Virus record (IMG/VR): IMGVR_UViG_3300032248_000756
Location: 1 to 24,882 of that record
Reading direction: 5' to 3' (one strand)
Length of the DNA stretch: 24,882 nt
Source: a virus
Lineage: Duplodnaviria; Caudoviricetes
Each line of letters starts with the position of its first letter. The first letter of the stretch is position 1. Below are positions 16,840 through 24,882 of the stretch, piece after piece. Made by a program: the position numbers and the translations under genes. A model generated the notes under the pieces. It was not told the DNA's origin. It saw nothing but the letters and a program-made list of their open reading frames with translations, and searched no databases.

Positions 16840-18422
16840 GTTTCACTGGAACACTTCTGCCTTATCAACCTGAAGCCGTAGATAAAATGTGCGAACGTGG
16901 TTCCATGCTGGTTGCCTATGATTTGGGCTTGGGCAAGACCGTCCTTACCATCGCTGCTATTGAGCAAATGATGGATGAAAAAGGTATTTTAGAGCCAGGT
17001 CTTATTATTTGTCTTTCCAGTTTGAAGTACCAGTGGGCTAGTCAAATTGAAAAGTTTACTAATGGCAGTGTTCCTTTAGTAATAGATGGCACCCCCTCGA
17101 AAAGGGCAGAGCAATATCAAACTGCTATAGACTGGAAAGAAACCGGTGTTGATTACGTTATTCTCAATTACGAGCAAGTTGTTAATGACTGGGAGTACAT
17201 AAAGTATTTACCCAAAGGGTTCATAGTTCTTGACGAGGCCACTGCCATAAAAAGTTTTAAGTCCAAAAGGTCTAAGCAAATTAAAAAGCTCTCTTCTCCT
17301 ATTAGATTTGCTTTAACAGGCACCCCTATAGAAAACGGGCGGCCTGAGGAATTGTTCTCAATTATGCAATTTGTAGATTCCAGCGTTTTAGGAAGGTTTG
17401 ACCAGTTTGATAAGACCTTCATTCTTAGAGGTTGGAATGGCTGGGTGGACGGGTACAAAAACTTGGATAAGTTCCACGAGTTAATGAAGCAGGCATCAGT
17501 GAGAAAATCTCAAACAGACCCAGATGTGTCTCCTTATCTTCCAAAGACTATTCATAGAGCCCCTGTCTTGGTGTCTTTTGATAGGGCTTCTGCAAAACTT
17601 TATAAAGCTATCTCCTCTGAGGTAGTGCAAGATATTAAAAACGCTATGGAGAATTTTGGCTCATCTTTCAGTTTGGCTGAGCACTACGGGGATTCCTCCT
17701 CCTCTAAAAGATACTCAGACATGGATGAGGCTAGAGGGCAAATCATGTCTAAAGTTGGGTGCCTTAGAATGCTGTGCAGCCACCCTGATTTATTGAAGCT
17801 TAGCGCTGATAAATTTAAAACTTTGCAAGGAGGTTCTGCTTACGCACACTTTTTAGCAGAAGAAGGTTTATTAGATAATTTAAAGTCTTGCCCAAAACTT
17901 GACTTTTTAGTGTCTTATGTAAAAGACTTTTTAGCTACTTCAGAGCAAAATAAGTTGGTTATATTCGCTTCATATATCGGTATGGTTGATATGATTGCTG
18001 ACTCACTAGGGCGAGATATTTGCGTTACTTATACAGGAGCTATGGATGCAAAGACAAAAGAACTCACTAAAGAAAACTTCAATAACAATCCCGCTGTACG
18101 GGTGTTTGTTAGTTCTGACGCTGGTGGTTACGGGGTTGATTTGCCTTCTGCTAATCTGTTGATAAACTACGACCTACCTTGGAGTGCTGGTACAGCAGCC
18201 CAGAGAAACGGCAGGATTAGGCGGGCTTCCTCAAAGTGGCCCGTCATAGTTATCCAAGACATTCTCATGGGCGGCTCTATTGAACAACGGCAGTACGAAG
18301 TTCTTCAACAAAAAAGTTCCGTGGCCTCAGCCATCATAGATGGTAGCGGATTTGACGAGCACGGTAGTTTGACGATTAATATAGACAGCCTAACAAAATT
18401 CCTAGAAGGGGAATCAACATGA
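16836..18422 (+). CDS. SNF2/SWI2-family (SF2) helicase
   Basis: LLPYQ, YDLGLGKT, IVLDEA, ALTGTPIENGRPEELFS, SSDAGGYGVDL and QRNGRIRR motifs. Confidence 0.92.
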   Translation: MSFTGTLLPYQPEAVDKMCERGSMLVAYDLGLGKTVLTIAAIEQMMDEKGILEPGLIICLSSLKYQWASQIEKFTNGSVPLVIDGTPSKRAEQYQTAIDWKETGVDYVILNYEQVVNDWEYIKYLPKGFIVLDEATAIKSFKSKRSKQIKKLSSPIRFALTGTPIENGRPEELFSIMQFVDSSVLGRFDQFDKTFILRGWNGWVDGYKNLDKFHELMKQASVRKSQTDPDVSPYLPKTIHRAPVLVSFDRASAKLYKAISSEVVQDIKNAMENFGSSFSLAEHYGDSSSSKRYSDMDEARGQIMSKVGCLRMLCSHPDLLKLSADKFKTLQGGSAYAHFLAEEGLLDNLKSCPKLDFLVSYVKDFLATSEQNKLVIFASYIGMVDMIADSLGRDICVTYTGAMDAKTKELTKENFNNNPAVRVFVSSDAGGYGVDLPSANLLINYDLPWSAGTAAQRNGRIRRASSKWPVIVIQDILMGGSIEQRQYEVLQQKSSVASAIIDGSGFDEHGSLTINIDSLTKFLEGEST

Positions 18423-18880
18423 CGGAAAACATTGAACTAGAAGCTTTTAGCCCGCTGGAGCCTGTTGTAGACGTTTCAGTAGATGTAGCGTCTCTTACCC
18501 AGCTTATCCGCCAACACGAGCACATTAAGAAAAACATGGACATGCTTAATGACCGTAAGTCTTTCGTGCGTACTAAGATTGACGAGTTAACGGTGGCTTT
18601 GGGTGAGGAAGACAGCAAGGGCCACGTTTATGTGAACATCGACGACCCACTGACGGGGGTTTCAAAGGTAACTCGCCAGCGCCGCGTGTCGAAGAACCTC
18701 GACCAGAATATTGCTTATAACATTCTTTTTGCAAAGAAATTGCACGAGCGTTGCATTAAGAAAATTGTGGTTATTGATGAAGAGGCAATTATGGCTGCTT
18801 ATAATGAGGATTTGTTGACTGACGAAGACATCGATAAGATGTTCCCTGAAAAAATTACTTGGGCTACAGTGATTAAGTGA
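18419..18880 (+). CDS. Hypothetical phage protein (coiled-coil N-terminus)
   Basis: 153 aa with RBS AAGGGGA and ATGA overlap; no family recognised with confidence. Confidence 0.65.
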   Translation: MTENIELEAFSPLEPVVDVSVDVASLTQLIRQHEHIKKNMDMLNDRKSFVRTKIDELTVALGEEDSKGHVYVNIDDPLTGVSKVTRQRRVSKNLDQNIAYNILFAKKLHERCIKKIVVIDEEAIMAAYNEDLLTDEDIDKMFPEKITWATVIK

Positions 18881-19290
18881 AAAACTCAGATTTTGATTTA
18901 GACCTAACCGTAGGTAAGGTGGGGGAAGAGTATGTCTCTTCTCTGCTTGGCATGGACACGGTGGAGGTCAAAAGAGACCTCAAGTGGTTTAAGACAGAGA
19001 ATCTGTATATCGAGTATTCTTGTTATAGCACTTTGCAAGGCACTTATGTGGCTAGCGGAATCAGCATAACCAAAGCAACTCACTGGGCTTTTGTTTTAGG
19101 AGACTCAGTGGTTATCGTCCCAACCAGCCACATCAAGGGCATCATCGAGTTGAACAGCAAAATCAACATGCTTAGGGAAGTTCCTTGCAATATCCCACCC
19201 AACCCCAGCAAGGGTTACTTGATTACAATTAATGACTTGATGACTTACCAGAAATACAAAGGCGCTGAGATGGAGGTTCAAGATGTCTGA
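18877..19290 (+). CDS. Putative PD-(D/E)XK-type nuclease
   Basis: FDLDLTVGKVGEEYV...TVEVKRD...TENLYIEY...SGISITKATHWAF is a restriction-endonuclease-like pattern common in phages; GTGA overlap. Confidence 0.6.
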   Translation: MKNSDFDLDLTVGKVGEEYVSSLLGMDTVEVKRDLKWFKTENLYIEYSCYSTLQGTYVASGISITKATHWAFVLGDSVVIVPTSHIKGIIELNSKINMLREVPCNIPPNPSKGYLITINDLMTYQKYKGAEMEVQDV

Positions 19291-19759
19291 AGATTTTATC
19301 GAGAAGACTTTTTCCGACCTTGAGAACTTCTACCCAGGTAGCAAGCAAAAACGCCGTTTGTTAGATGAGTACCCTGTTTCTTTTAAGGAAGTTGACTCTT
19401 CTTGGGAGTTAAATTTCTATGAAAAGACCCTGCCCAATGGTGCAAAAGTGCACATGTATACTTTGGGGTCGCTCGCACAGGCTCTTGGCCGTCCTGTGAT
19501 TACAGTGCGAACTTGGATTAAGGAAGGTTACCTTCCAGCATCCCCGTACCGCTTGCCCACGAAACCCGACAAAAACGGAGTTGCGCGAGCAGGCCGTCGC
19601 CTGTATAGTAAGGCCATGATAGATTCAGCAGTTCAGGTATTCAAGCAGGCAGGCCTATTTGACATACCGAGGGTCGAGTGGAAGAATCACTCTCAAGTTC
19701 CTCTGGACCTTGCTGAAGCGTGGAATAAAATCCGCGACATTGAAAAAGAAAACAACTAA
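19283..19759 (+). CDS. MerR-like HTH DNA-binding protein
   Basis: MYTLGSLAQALGRPVITVRTWIKEGYLP...GRRLYS. Confidence 0.7.
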   Translation: MSEDFIEKTFSDLENFYPGSKQKRRLLDEYPVSFKEVDSSWELNFYEKTLPNGAKVHMYTLGSLAQALGRPVITVRTWIKEGYLPASPYRLPTKPDKNGVARAGRRLYSKAMIDSAVQVFKQAGLFDIPRVEWKNHSQVPLDLAEAWNKIRDIEKENN

Positions 19760-19785
19760 ACCAATAAAAATAAGGAATGATGACT

Positions 19786-20451
19786 ATGCCAATCCAAAAG
19801 ACTACAGAGACTGCGGCGAAGTACATTGATGCTGCGAACGAAGACTTCGATGTTGACGCTCGCCCTTCGCAAGCCGCTAGCACCGCAATCAACTCCGGTT
19901 GGGACGCAGCAGAGAAGCTGAGCGCCCCGACTGGTGATTACCCCGTGGAGTTCAAGCACTCCGAGGACTTCCAGATTATCAAGATTCTGGACCCGGATGG
20001 CCCGTTCGCCTCTTACAAGTTGCACTTCCTGCAGCAGAAGACCTCTGGCAAGCGCTCGTATGTTTGCTTGCAGACCAACTGCCCGCTGTGCGACATTCTC
20101 AAGCACCGCCCAGAAGTGAAGCGTGCCTTCACTATTGCGAACTTGAGCACCAACCCCGTAGAGCGTCAGTTGCTTATTGCGACTCCTCGCCTTTACAAGA
20201 CCATGCACTCCGCGCATTTCTCCCCCCAAGGCCCTTTGAACAAGAACTTCTGGGCCGTCAGCCGCACAGGCATCAAGCAGACCACGGTCTACCACTTCAA
20301 CGCGGTCAAGGGCCGCGACCTTGAGGAAGACTGGAAAATTCAGGAGGCAACTGCCAACGCGGCAATTGCTGAGTTGGAATGCTATGACAGCTCGATTATC
20401 CGAGAGACCTCTTACCAGGACCTCTTGGAAATTGCTGAATCCTTGCGCTGA
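19786..20451 (+). CDS. Single-stranded DNA-binding protein (gp32-like, zinc-binding)
   Basis: H...SYVCLQTNCPLC zinc motif, OB-like strands, position before polA and codon bias typical of high expression. Alternative starts at 19777/19780; RBS AAGGA at 19772. Confidence 0.65.
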   Translation: MPIQKTTETAAKYIDAANEDFDVDARPSQAASTAINSGWDAAEKLSAPTGDYPVEFKHSEDFQIIKILDPDGPFASYKLHFLQQKTSGKRSYVCLQTNCPLCDILKHRPEVKRAFTIANLSTNPVERQLLIATPRLYKTMHSAHFSPQGPLNKNFWAVSRTGIKQTTVYHFNAVKGRDLEEDWKIQEATANAAIAELECYDSSIIRETSYQDLLEIAESLR

Positions 20452-20464
20452 TAACATCTAAGCT

Positions 20465-20502
20465 GCCTGGGGCAGGGTGCTCCCCTTCACCCTGTCCCAG
20501 GC
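20465..20502 (+). promoter_or_regulatory. 15-bp stem-loop between ssb and polA (terminator/attenuator or translational operator)
   Basis: GCCTGGGGCAGGGTG pairs with CACCCTGTCCCAGGC (one G-U) around the loop CTCCCCTT. It is followed by only CTTT and then the polA RBS. Confidence 0.75.
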
Positions 20503-20516
20503 CTTTAAGGGGAAAT

Positions 20517-22502
20517 ATGAATATCGTCACGACCCACGAGCAACTAAATGAGATGGTTGCTTATTACCTAGCTCAACCTGCTTTTGCGTTTGATGTGGAA
20601 ACTGTGGGGCCTCGAAGAGGTATGCCTGTAGTCAATGAGATTCTTTGGATTAGTTTTGCCGCGCATGGCCGTTGTGATGTTATCCCAATGGGGCATCCAA
20701 ACGGAGACCTCGCAGACGTTGTTTACCCGTTGACAAGCGCTGGTCAAAAACGCCGTGAAAAGGGCTTACCCCCCAAACCGAGTGACTACTCTAAAAGTGA
20801 TAAGAACGCTACAAAGGTGTTTGGCTCTCCGCCACCACAGTTGTTTCCCGCTGAAGTTTTCAAGGTTCTTGAGCCCTTGATGTTCAATGAGAGCATCTTA
20901 ACCGTAGGTCACAATCTCATATTTGACTTATGCTCTGTCTCAAAGTATTTTCAAAATAGGATTCCTTCGGGCCCTTACTTTGACACCATGATTGGCTCCT
21001 TCCTCTACGATAACCGCAACAAAAATAAGTGCGGCCTTGATGACTGTCTCAAGCGCGAGTTCGGCTATGAAATGGTCAAGGGCGTTGGTAAGGAAGTAGA
21101 GAAGTACACATTCAACGAGGTTGCCAAGTATGCGTACCTTGATGCCAAGTACACATTCCTTTTGTGGAAAGTTGTCCAGCAAAAAGTCACAGACGCCGAA
21201 GTACAGGTGGTCATGGACTTGGAGATGGATGTTTTACGGGTTCTTTGCGATATGAAGTTAACAGGCGCCCCAGTTGATATGGAAGCCTTGAACGAGCTAG
21301 ACGCCCGCTTGAAGGAAGATGTGGAAGAAGCCCGCTCGGCTATCTTTGCCCTTGCTAAGAAGCCCTTCAACATCAACTCAAATGCTGATAAGCAGATGAT
21401 TTTATTTGGGCCTAAAGATGAGGGCAATAGAGGATTGACCCCTAAAATTCTTACCATTAAAGGGCAGAAGAAACTTGATGAGGGGCAGAAGCCTGAGTTC
21501 TCAGAGTATTCAGTGTCTGCCGAGGCTCTTGAAGTTTGGAGAGGCAAGGATGAACTTGTCGATTCGCTGCTCCACTACTCGGAATTGAACAAGCTGAACA
21601 CGGCCTATGTTATCCCTTACAAGGGCGGCGAGGTTGTCCGCACAGTCATGGGCAAAGAGAAGCGAGAGATGAAGGAGAGCTTGCTCATAAATGGGCGGGT
21701 ATATTGTGACTTTATTCAAAACGGTGCTGAGACCGGTCGTTTTTCTAGCCGTAATCCTAACCTTCAAAATGTGCCCGCCCCAAATACTGAGCATGGCCGT
21801 GCAATTAGAAACCTCTTTGCTGCCCCTGAAGGCCACTGTTTGGTCGTGGCAGACTACTCGCAAATTGAGCCTCGTATCATTGCGTCTTTTTCGCAGGATG
21901 AGGTCATGATGAACAATTACTTGTCGGGCGGGGATATCTACACCACTGTTGGCGAGGTAATGGGCGTAGATAGAAAAGCTGGTAAGGTGTTGGTCCTGTC
22001 TATGGCTTACGGAGTGGGGCCAGATAAAATTGCCCGCCAAATTGGTTGCTCAGTAAAGGAAGCTAAAGACCTATTATCAGGGTTCAGTGACAAATTCCCC
22101 ACAGTTAACCGCTACAAAACTATGGTTGTCGGGGCGGCTAAGTCCAGCAAAAACCGCGTTCCCTGTGTAAAGACTATTTTAGGCCGGAAACGATTCCTGC
22201 CGGAGCTTTTATCCAGAGATATAGGATTAAGGTCACAGGCTGAACGCCAGGCTTTTAATACCCGCATTCAAGGTTCCGCTGCGGATATTATTAAAATTGC
22301 TATGGTTTCAGCTCATACTTTAATTCCAAAGGACGCCCGCCTGCTTTTGACAGTTCACGATGAACTTGTTACATTATGTCCTACAGACATGGCAGAAGAA
22401 ACCGCTGAGGCTATTCGGGCTGCTATGGAAGGAGTGAACGTTTTGAAGGTACCTTTAATTGCCGATGTTAAAACTGTTAAAAGATGGGGGGAGGCCAAAT
22501 GA
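20517..22502 (+). CDS. polA: Family A DNA polymerase with 3'-5' exonuclease
   Basis: ExoI FDVET, ExoII GHNLIFD, ExoIII YAYLD; ETGRFSSRNPNLQN; motif A ADYSQIEPR; motif B RKAGKVLVLSMAYG; IQGSAAD; motif C VHDEL. Confidence 0.95.
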   Translation: MNIVTTHEQLNEMVAYYLAQPAFAFDVETVGPRRGMPVVNEILWISFAAHGRCDVIPMGHPNGDLADVVYPLTSAGQKRREKGLPPKPSDYSKSDKNATKVFGSPPPQLFPAEVFKVLEPLMFNESILTVGHNLIFDLCSVSKYFQNRIPSGPYFDTMIGSFLYDNRNKNKCGLDDCLKREFGYEMVKGVGKEVEKYTFNEVAKYAYLDAKYTFLLWKVVQQKVTDAEVQVVMDLEMDVLRVLCDMKLTGAPVDMEALNELDARLKEDVEEARSAIFALAKKPFNINSNADKQMILFGPKDEGNRGLTPKILTIKGQKKLDEGQKPEFSEYSVSAEALEVWRGKDELVDSLLHYSELNKLNTAYVIPYKGGEVVRTVMGKEKREMKESLLINGRVYCDFIQNGAETGRFSSRNPNLQNVPAPNTEHGRAIRNLFAAPEGHCLVVADYSQIEPRIIASFSQDEVMMNNYLSGGDIYTTVGEVMGVDRKAGKVLVLSMAYGVGPDKIARQIGCSVKEAKDLLSGFSDKFPTVNRYKTMVVGAAKSSKNRVPCVKTILGRKRFLPELLSRDIGLRSQAERQAFNTRIQGSAADIIKIAMVSAHTLIPKDARLLLTVHDELVTLCPTDMAEETAEAIRAAMEGVNVLKVPLIADVKTVKRWGEAK

Positions 22503-22996
22503 GTTGGAAATTTTGGAAAAAAAAGCGCTTAGAAAACGTTATGTTCGAGGTTATCTCTACAGAGCGCCCCTCCTCTATTCCTATGAGCACTTTGTTCAGA
22601 TGGTATTGCTACGACATGGAGATTCCTAACCCTAACAAGCTTGCAGCTTTATTAGGGTTAAACGGCATCAGTGAGGATGTTGAGGAGATGGAGAAAGAGG
22701 ATAGCCTTGAAAGACTGAAGGCTATTGTTCCCATCCTTCCCTTCCTAACCTCGATTGCCAGTGTTAATTCTATGGTCATCTCGGAGGTTCAAGGAGAGAG
22801 CATTAAGTCTCAAATGAACCTTAATGATAAAGACCTAGATGATATGCTCGCCCCAGTCCGCGATATCATCGGGCATATTTCCATCTCGGCCCTTATTACA
22901 GGGTTTTCTGCCGCTATTGCTCTTGGTGTAGTGCATTCTTCAGGAGCCATTGCAAGTGAAGTTGATATTACAAAGGAGCTAGGTCATAATGAATAA
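22499..22996 (+). CDS. Hypothetical phage protein
   Basis: ATG 22499 overlaps the polA stop (ATGA); RBS GGAGG; hydrophobic C-terminal helix. Confidence 0.65.
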   Translation: MSWKFWKKKRLENVMFEVISTERPSSIPMSTLFRWYCYDMEIPNPNKLAALLGLNGISEDVEEMEKEDSLERLKAIVPILPFLTSIASVNSMVISEVQGESIKSQMNLNDKDLDDMLAPVRDIIGHISISALITGFSAAIALGVVHSSGAIASEVDITKELGHNE

Positions 22997-23372
22997 CGCT
23001 AATTGGTGGGCCCAGAAACTGACTACCCCGCAAGCGCCCCCATCCCTTCCTCCTATGCAGCCCCAAAGCCGCCCGCAGGCTTTTACACAGGGTAACGAAG
23101 AGGTCTACAACGCCTCCAAGCCCCCCGTGGTTTCTGCACCAGCAGAGACTTGCCCAGGGTGCGGTAGTGGTAACTACACCAAAGTGGGGTCGATTGCCAC
23201 CGCTAACGGCACTGTGCACTCGTACCAGTGCTACGACTGCGGGTACCCTGTGATTCAGCAAGGTAGCGGCGCAGGAGGAATGGCTTCCTCTTCTAATGGC
23301 CCCGCTCAGGCTGCTCGTCAGGTTGAGGGCGGCGGTTGGAACCCTAATGTCATTATAGATAGGATTCAGTAA
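22989..23372 (+). CDS. Zinc-ribbon protein
   Basis: CPGCGSGNY...CYDCGYP; Pro/Gln-rich N-terminus; RBS AAGGAG. Confidence 0.7.
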   Translation: MNNANWWAQKLTTPQAPPSLPPMQPQSRPQAFTQGNEEVYNASKPPVVSAPAETCPGCGSGNYTKVGSIATANGTVHSYQCYDCGYPVIQQGSGAGGMASSSNGPAQAARQVEGGGWNPNVIIDRIQ

Positions 23373-24430
23373 TGAATATCGATTTAGTCAAAGTCATCAA
23401 AGACTTAAATAAAAAATTTGGCAATGAGACTGTTGTATTAGGTGCGGATATACGAGATGACATTGTAGGGCGCACGACCACAGGTTCTCTGGCCCTTGAT
23501 GTTACATTAGGTGGCGGTTGGCCTACTAACCAATGGCATGAGATTGTCGGTGAAGCTAGCAATGGCAAGACGGCGTTGGCCCTTAAAACAATTGCCGCCA
23601 ATCAAGAAAAGGACCCCAATTTCACCACCGTATGGGTAGCTGCCGAGCAATGGGTGCCCGCTTATGCTGAAATGTGCGGCGTTGATTTATCTCGCGTTTA
23701 TGTGATTAACACTAATATTATGGAGGAAGCTTATGAAGCGGTTATTTCTTTTGTGGAATCAAAAGCTGTCGATTGCGTTGTTATCGACTCTCTTCCTGCT
23801 CTTGTCCCAGGTGCTGAAGATGAAAAAACTATGGATGAAGCGACCGTTGGTCGGGGCGCTTTTCTTACCGGTAAATTTTTCCGGAAGGTGGGTAAAGCGA
23901 GCAAAAGAAGCCTTACAGAAATTGAACGCCCTTTCATAGGTCTTGTTATTAACCAATACCGTATGAAGATTGGTGTTATGTATGGTGACCCGAGGACTAC
24001 CCCCGGTGGAGAAGCTAAGAACTATGCCTTTTTCACTCGTATTGAGGTTAAGCGAGATGATTGGCTTGAATGCGGTACTGGACAAGATAAGCGCCGCGTG
24101 GGGCAAACTATCAAAATTCGCACGCTCAAGAACAAATCGGCTCCTCCTGGGCAGGTCGCGTACCTCGACTTCTACTTTGCAGACGGAGATTCCTGTCATG
24201 CGGGAGACTACGACTTCGCTAAGGAGATTGTTGCCTTAGGTATCTTGAACAAGGTTATTATCCGTGCTGGTGCTTATTACCGTTATGGTGGGCGCCAATG
24301 GCAGGGAGCGGAAGCAGTTGTGCAAGCTATCCGCGAGGAGATTGACCTTAAAGAAGCCCTTGAAAAAGATGTCATGGGAGCCGTCAAGGCTTCTTCAAAG
24401 GGCGTAGTGCAGGATGACGATGAAGAGTGA
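23372..24430 (+). CDS. recA: RecA/UvsX-like recombinase
   Basis: TGSLALDVTLGGGWP, Walker A GEASNGKT, VVIDSLPAL, INQYRMKIGVMYGDPRTTPGG and KNKSAPP. Confidence 0.95.
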   Translation: MNIDLVKVIKDLNKKFGNETVVLGADIRDDIVGRTTTGSLALDVTLGGGWPTNQWHEIVGEASNGKTALALKTIAANQEKDPNFTTVWVAAEQWVPAYAEMCGVDLSRVYVINTNIMEEAYEAVISFVESKAVDCVVIDSLPALVPGAEDEKTMDEATVGRGAFLTGKFFRKVGKASKRSLTEIERPFIGLVINQYRMKIGVMYGDPRTTPGGEAKNYAFFTRIEVKRDDWLECGTGQDKRRVGQTIKIRTLKNKSAPPGQVAYLDFYFADGDSCHAGDYDFAKEIVALGILNKVIIRAGAYYRYGGRQWQGAEAVVQAIREEIDLKEALEKDVMGAVKASSKGVVQDDDEE

Positions 24431-24767
24431 AGGCCAGAAACAGTCACAAAAGCATGAAAAAAGGCTTGCTAAGTTAATTGGCGGGTCAACCATTGCTGCT
24501 AGCGGGGCTTTCTGGAGCCGTAAAGGCGACGTGCGGTCTGACGACTTACTTATAGAGCACAAGTGGACTGGCAAAACCCAGTTCTCATTGAGAGCTGTTG
24601 TTTTGGAGAAGATTGTTAAAGAGGCCATTTTAGACGGTCGCCTCCCTGTGTTAGGCTTCTCTTTGAATAATAATAATTATGTTGTTCTTACAGAGGACGA
24701 CTTTCTAGAAATCCGCCACGCTTTACAGGAGACCAAGTGCGAAGAAACGAAAGCTGGAGAAAACTAG
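24420..24767 (+). CDS. Holliday-junction-resolvase-like PD-(D/E)XK nuclease
   Basis: HEKRLAK...SGA...KGDV...LLIEHK catalytic pattern; follows recA; alternative start at 24414. Confidence 0.7.
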   Translation: MKSEGQKQSQKHEKRLAKLIGGSTIAASGAFWSRKGDVRSDDLLIEHKWTGKTQFSLRAVVLEKIVKEAILDGRLPVLGFSLNNNNYVVLTEDDFLEIRHALQETKCEETKAGEN

Positions 24768-24882
24768 CAAAGTGCGATGGGATGGACGTGGAGATGTTCT
24801 TCCCCCCTCGTGACAAAGATAAGTACAAAGACATAGCAGACAAAGCTAAGAGTGTTTGCTGGGGTAAAGACGGGAAGCCCGA
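24737..24882 (+). CDS. whiB: WhiB-family Fe-S transcription factor (3'-truncated; not in the ORF track)
   Basis: GTG 24737 with RBS AGGAG. Translation MRRNESWRKLAKCDGMDVEMFFPPRDKDKYKDIADKAKSVCWGKDGKP... shows the WhiB W..A.C...D...FFP...AK.VC pattern. Confidence 0.8.
   Translation, partial: MRRNESWRKLAKCDGMDVEMFFPPRDKDKYKDIADKAKSVCWGKDGKP

Noticed and set aside
19756-20457. 233-aa minus-strand ORF opposite ssb
   Set aside because: It is an antisense shadow ORF explained by the ssb codon bias (few TTA/CTA/TCA codons means few antisense stops), with no recognisable motifs.
20690-20845. Possible intein in the PolA exonuclease domain
   Set aside because: The extra basic/Pro-rich segment is only about 45 aa and lacks intein terminal residues (C/S...HN-C/S/T); it is more likely a lineage-specific loop.

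Overview
Fragment of a tailed dsDNA bacteriophage genome with a contractile tail (myovirus-type). The host is probably an actinobacterium, judged from a WhiB gene and a short-arm tRNA-Leu(UAA). From 1 to 9736 (+) lies the tail/baseplate module: tape-measure 3' part, tube-initiator-like protein, LysM/gpX-like protein, hub, gp5 OB-fold spike, gp25-like wedge, baseplate J and a large gpI/CBM tail-fibre protein. From 9737 to 10243 (-) lies a convergent tRNA operon (Arg-TCT, a small ORF, Lys-TTT, Asn-GTT, Leu-TAA). From 10307 to the end (+) lies a tightly coupled replication/recombination operon: HTH initiator-like protein, DnaC-like ATPase, SWIM protein, DnaB, DnaG, Nmad1, FmdB zinc ribbon, SNF2 helicase, nuclease, HTH, SSB, PolA, RecA, resolvase-like nuclease and a partial WhiB. 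The most striking unexplained structure is at 16031-16839, where five tiny ORFs are separated by six copies of a 15-bp stop/RBS/start repeat (GGTGARCAGGGATGA), resembling a gene-cassette array. Other notable points are a hairpin whose loop is the exact complement of the polA RBS, foreign domains nested inside the spike and tail-fibre folds, apparent complete GATC avoidance, and codon partitioning that matches the phage tRNAs. All calls come from manual reading and motif recognition; no database searches were run.
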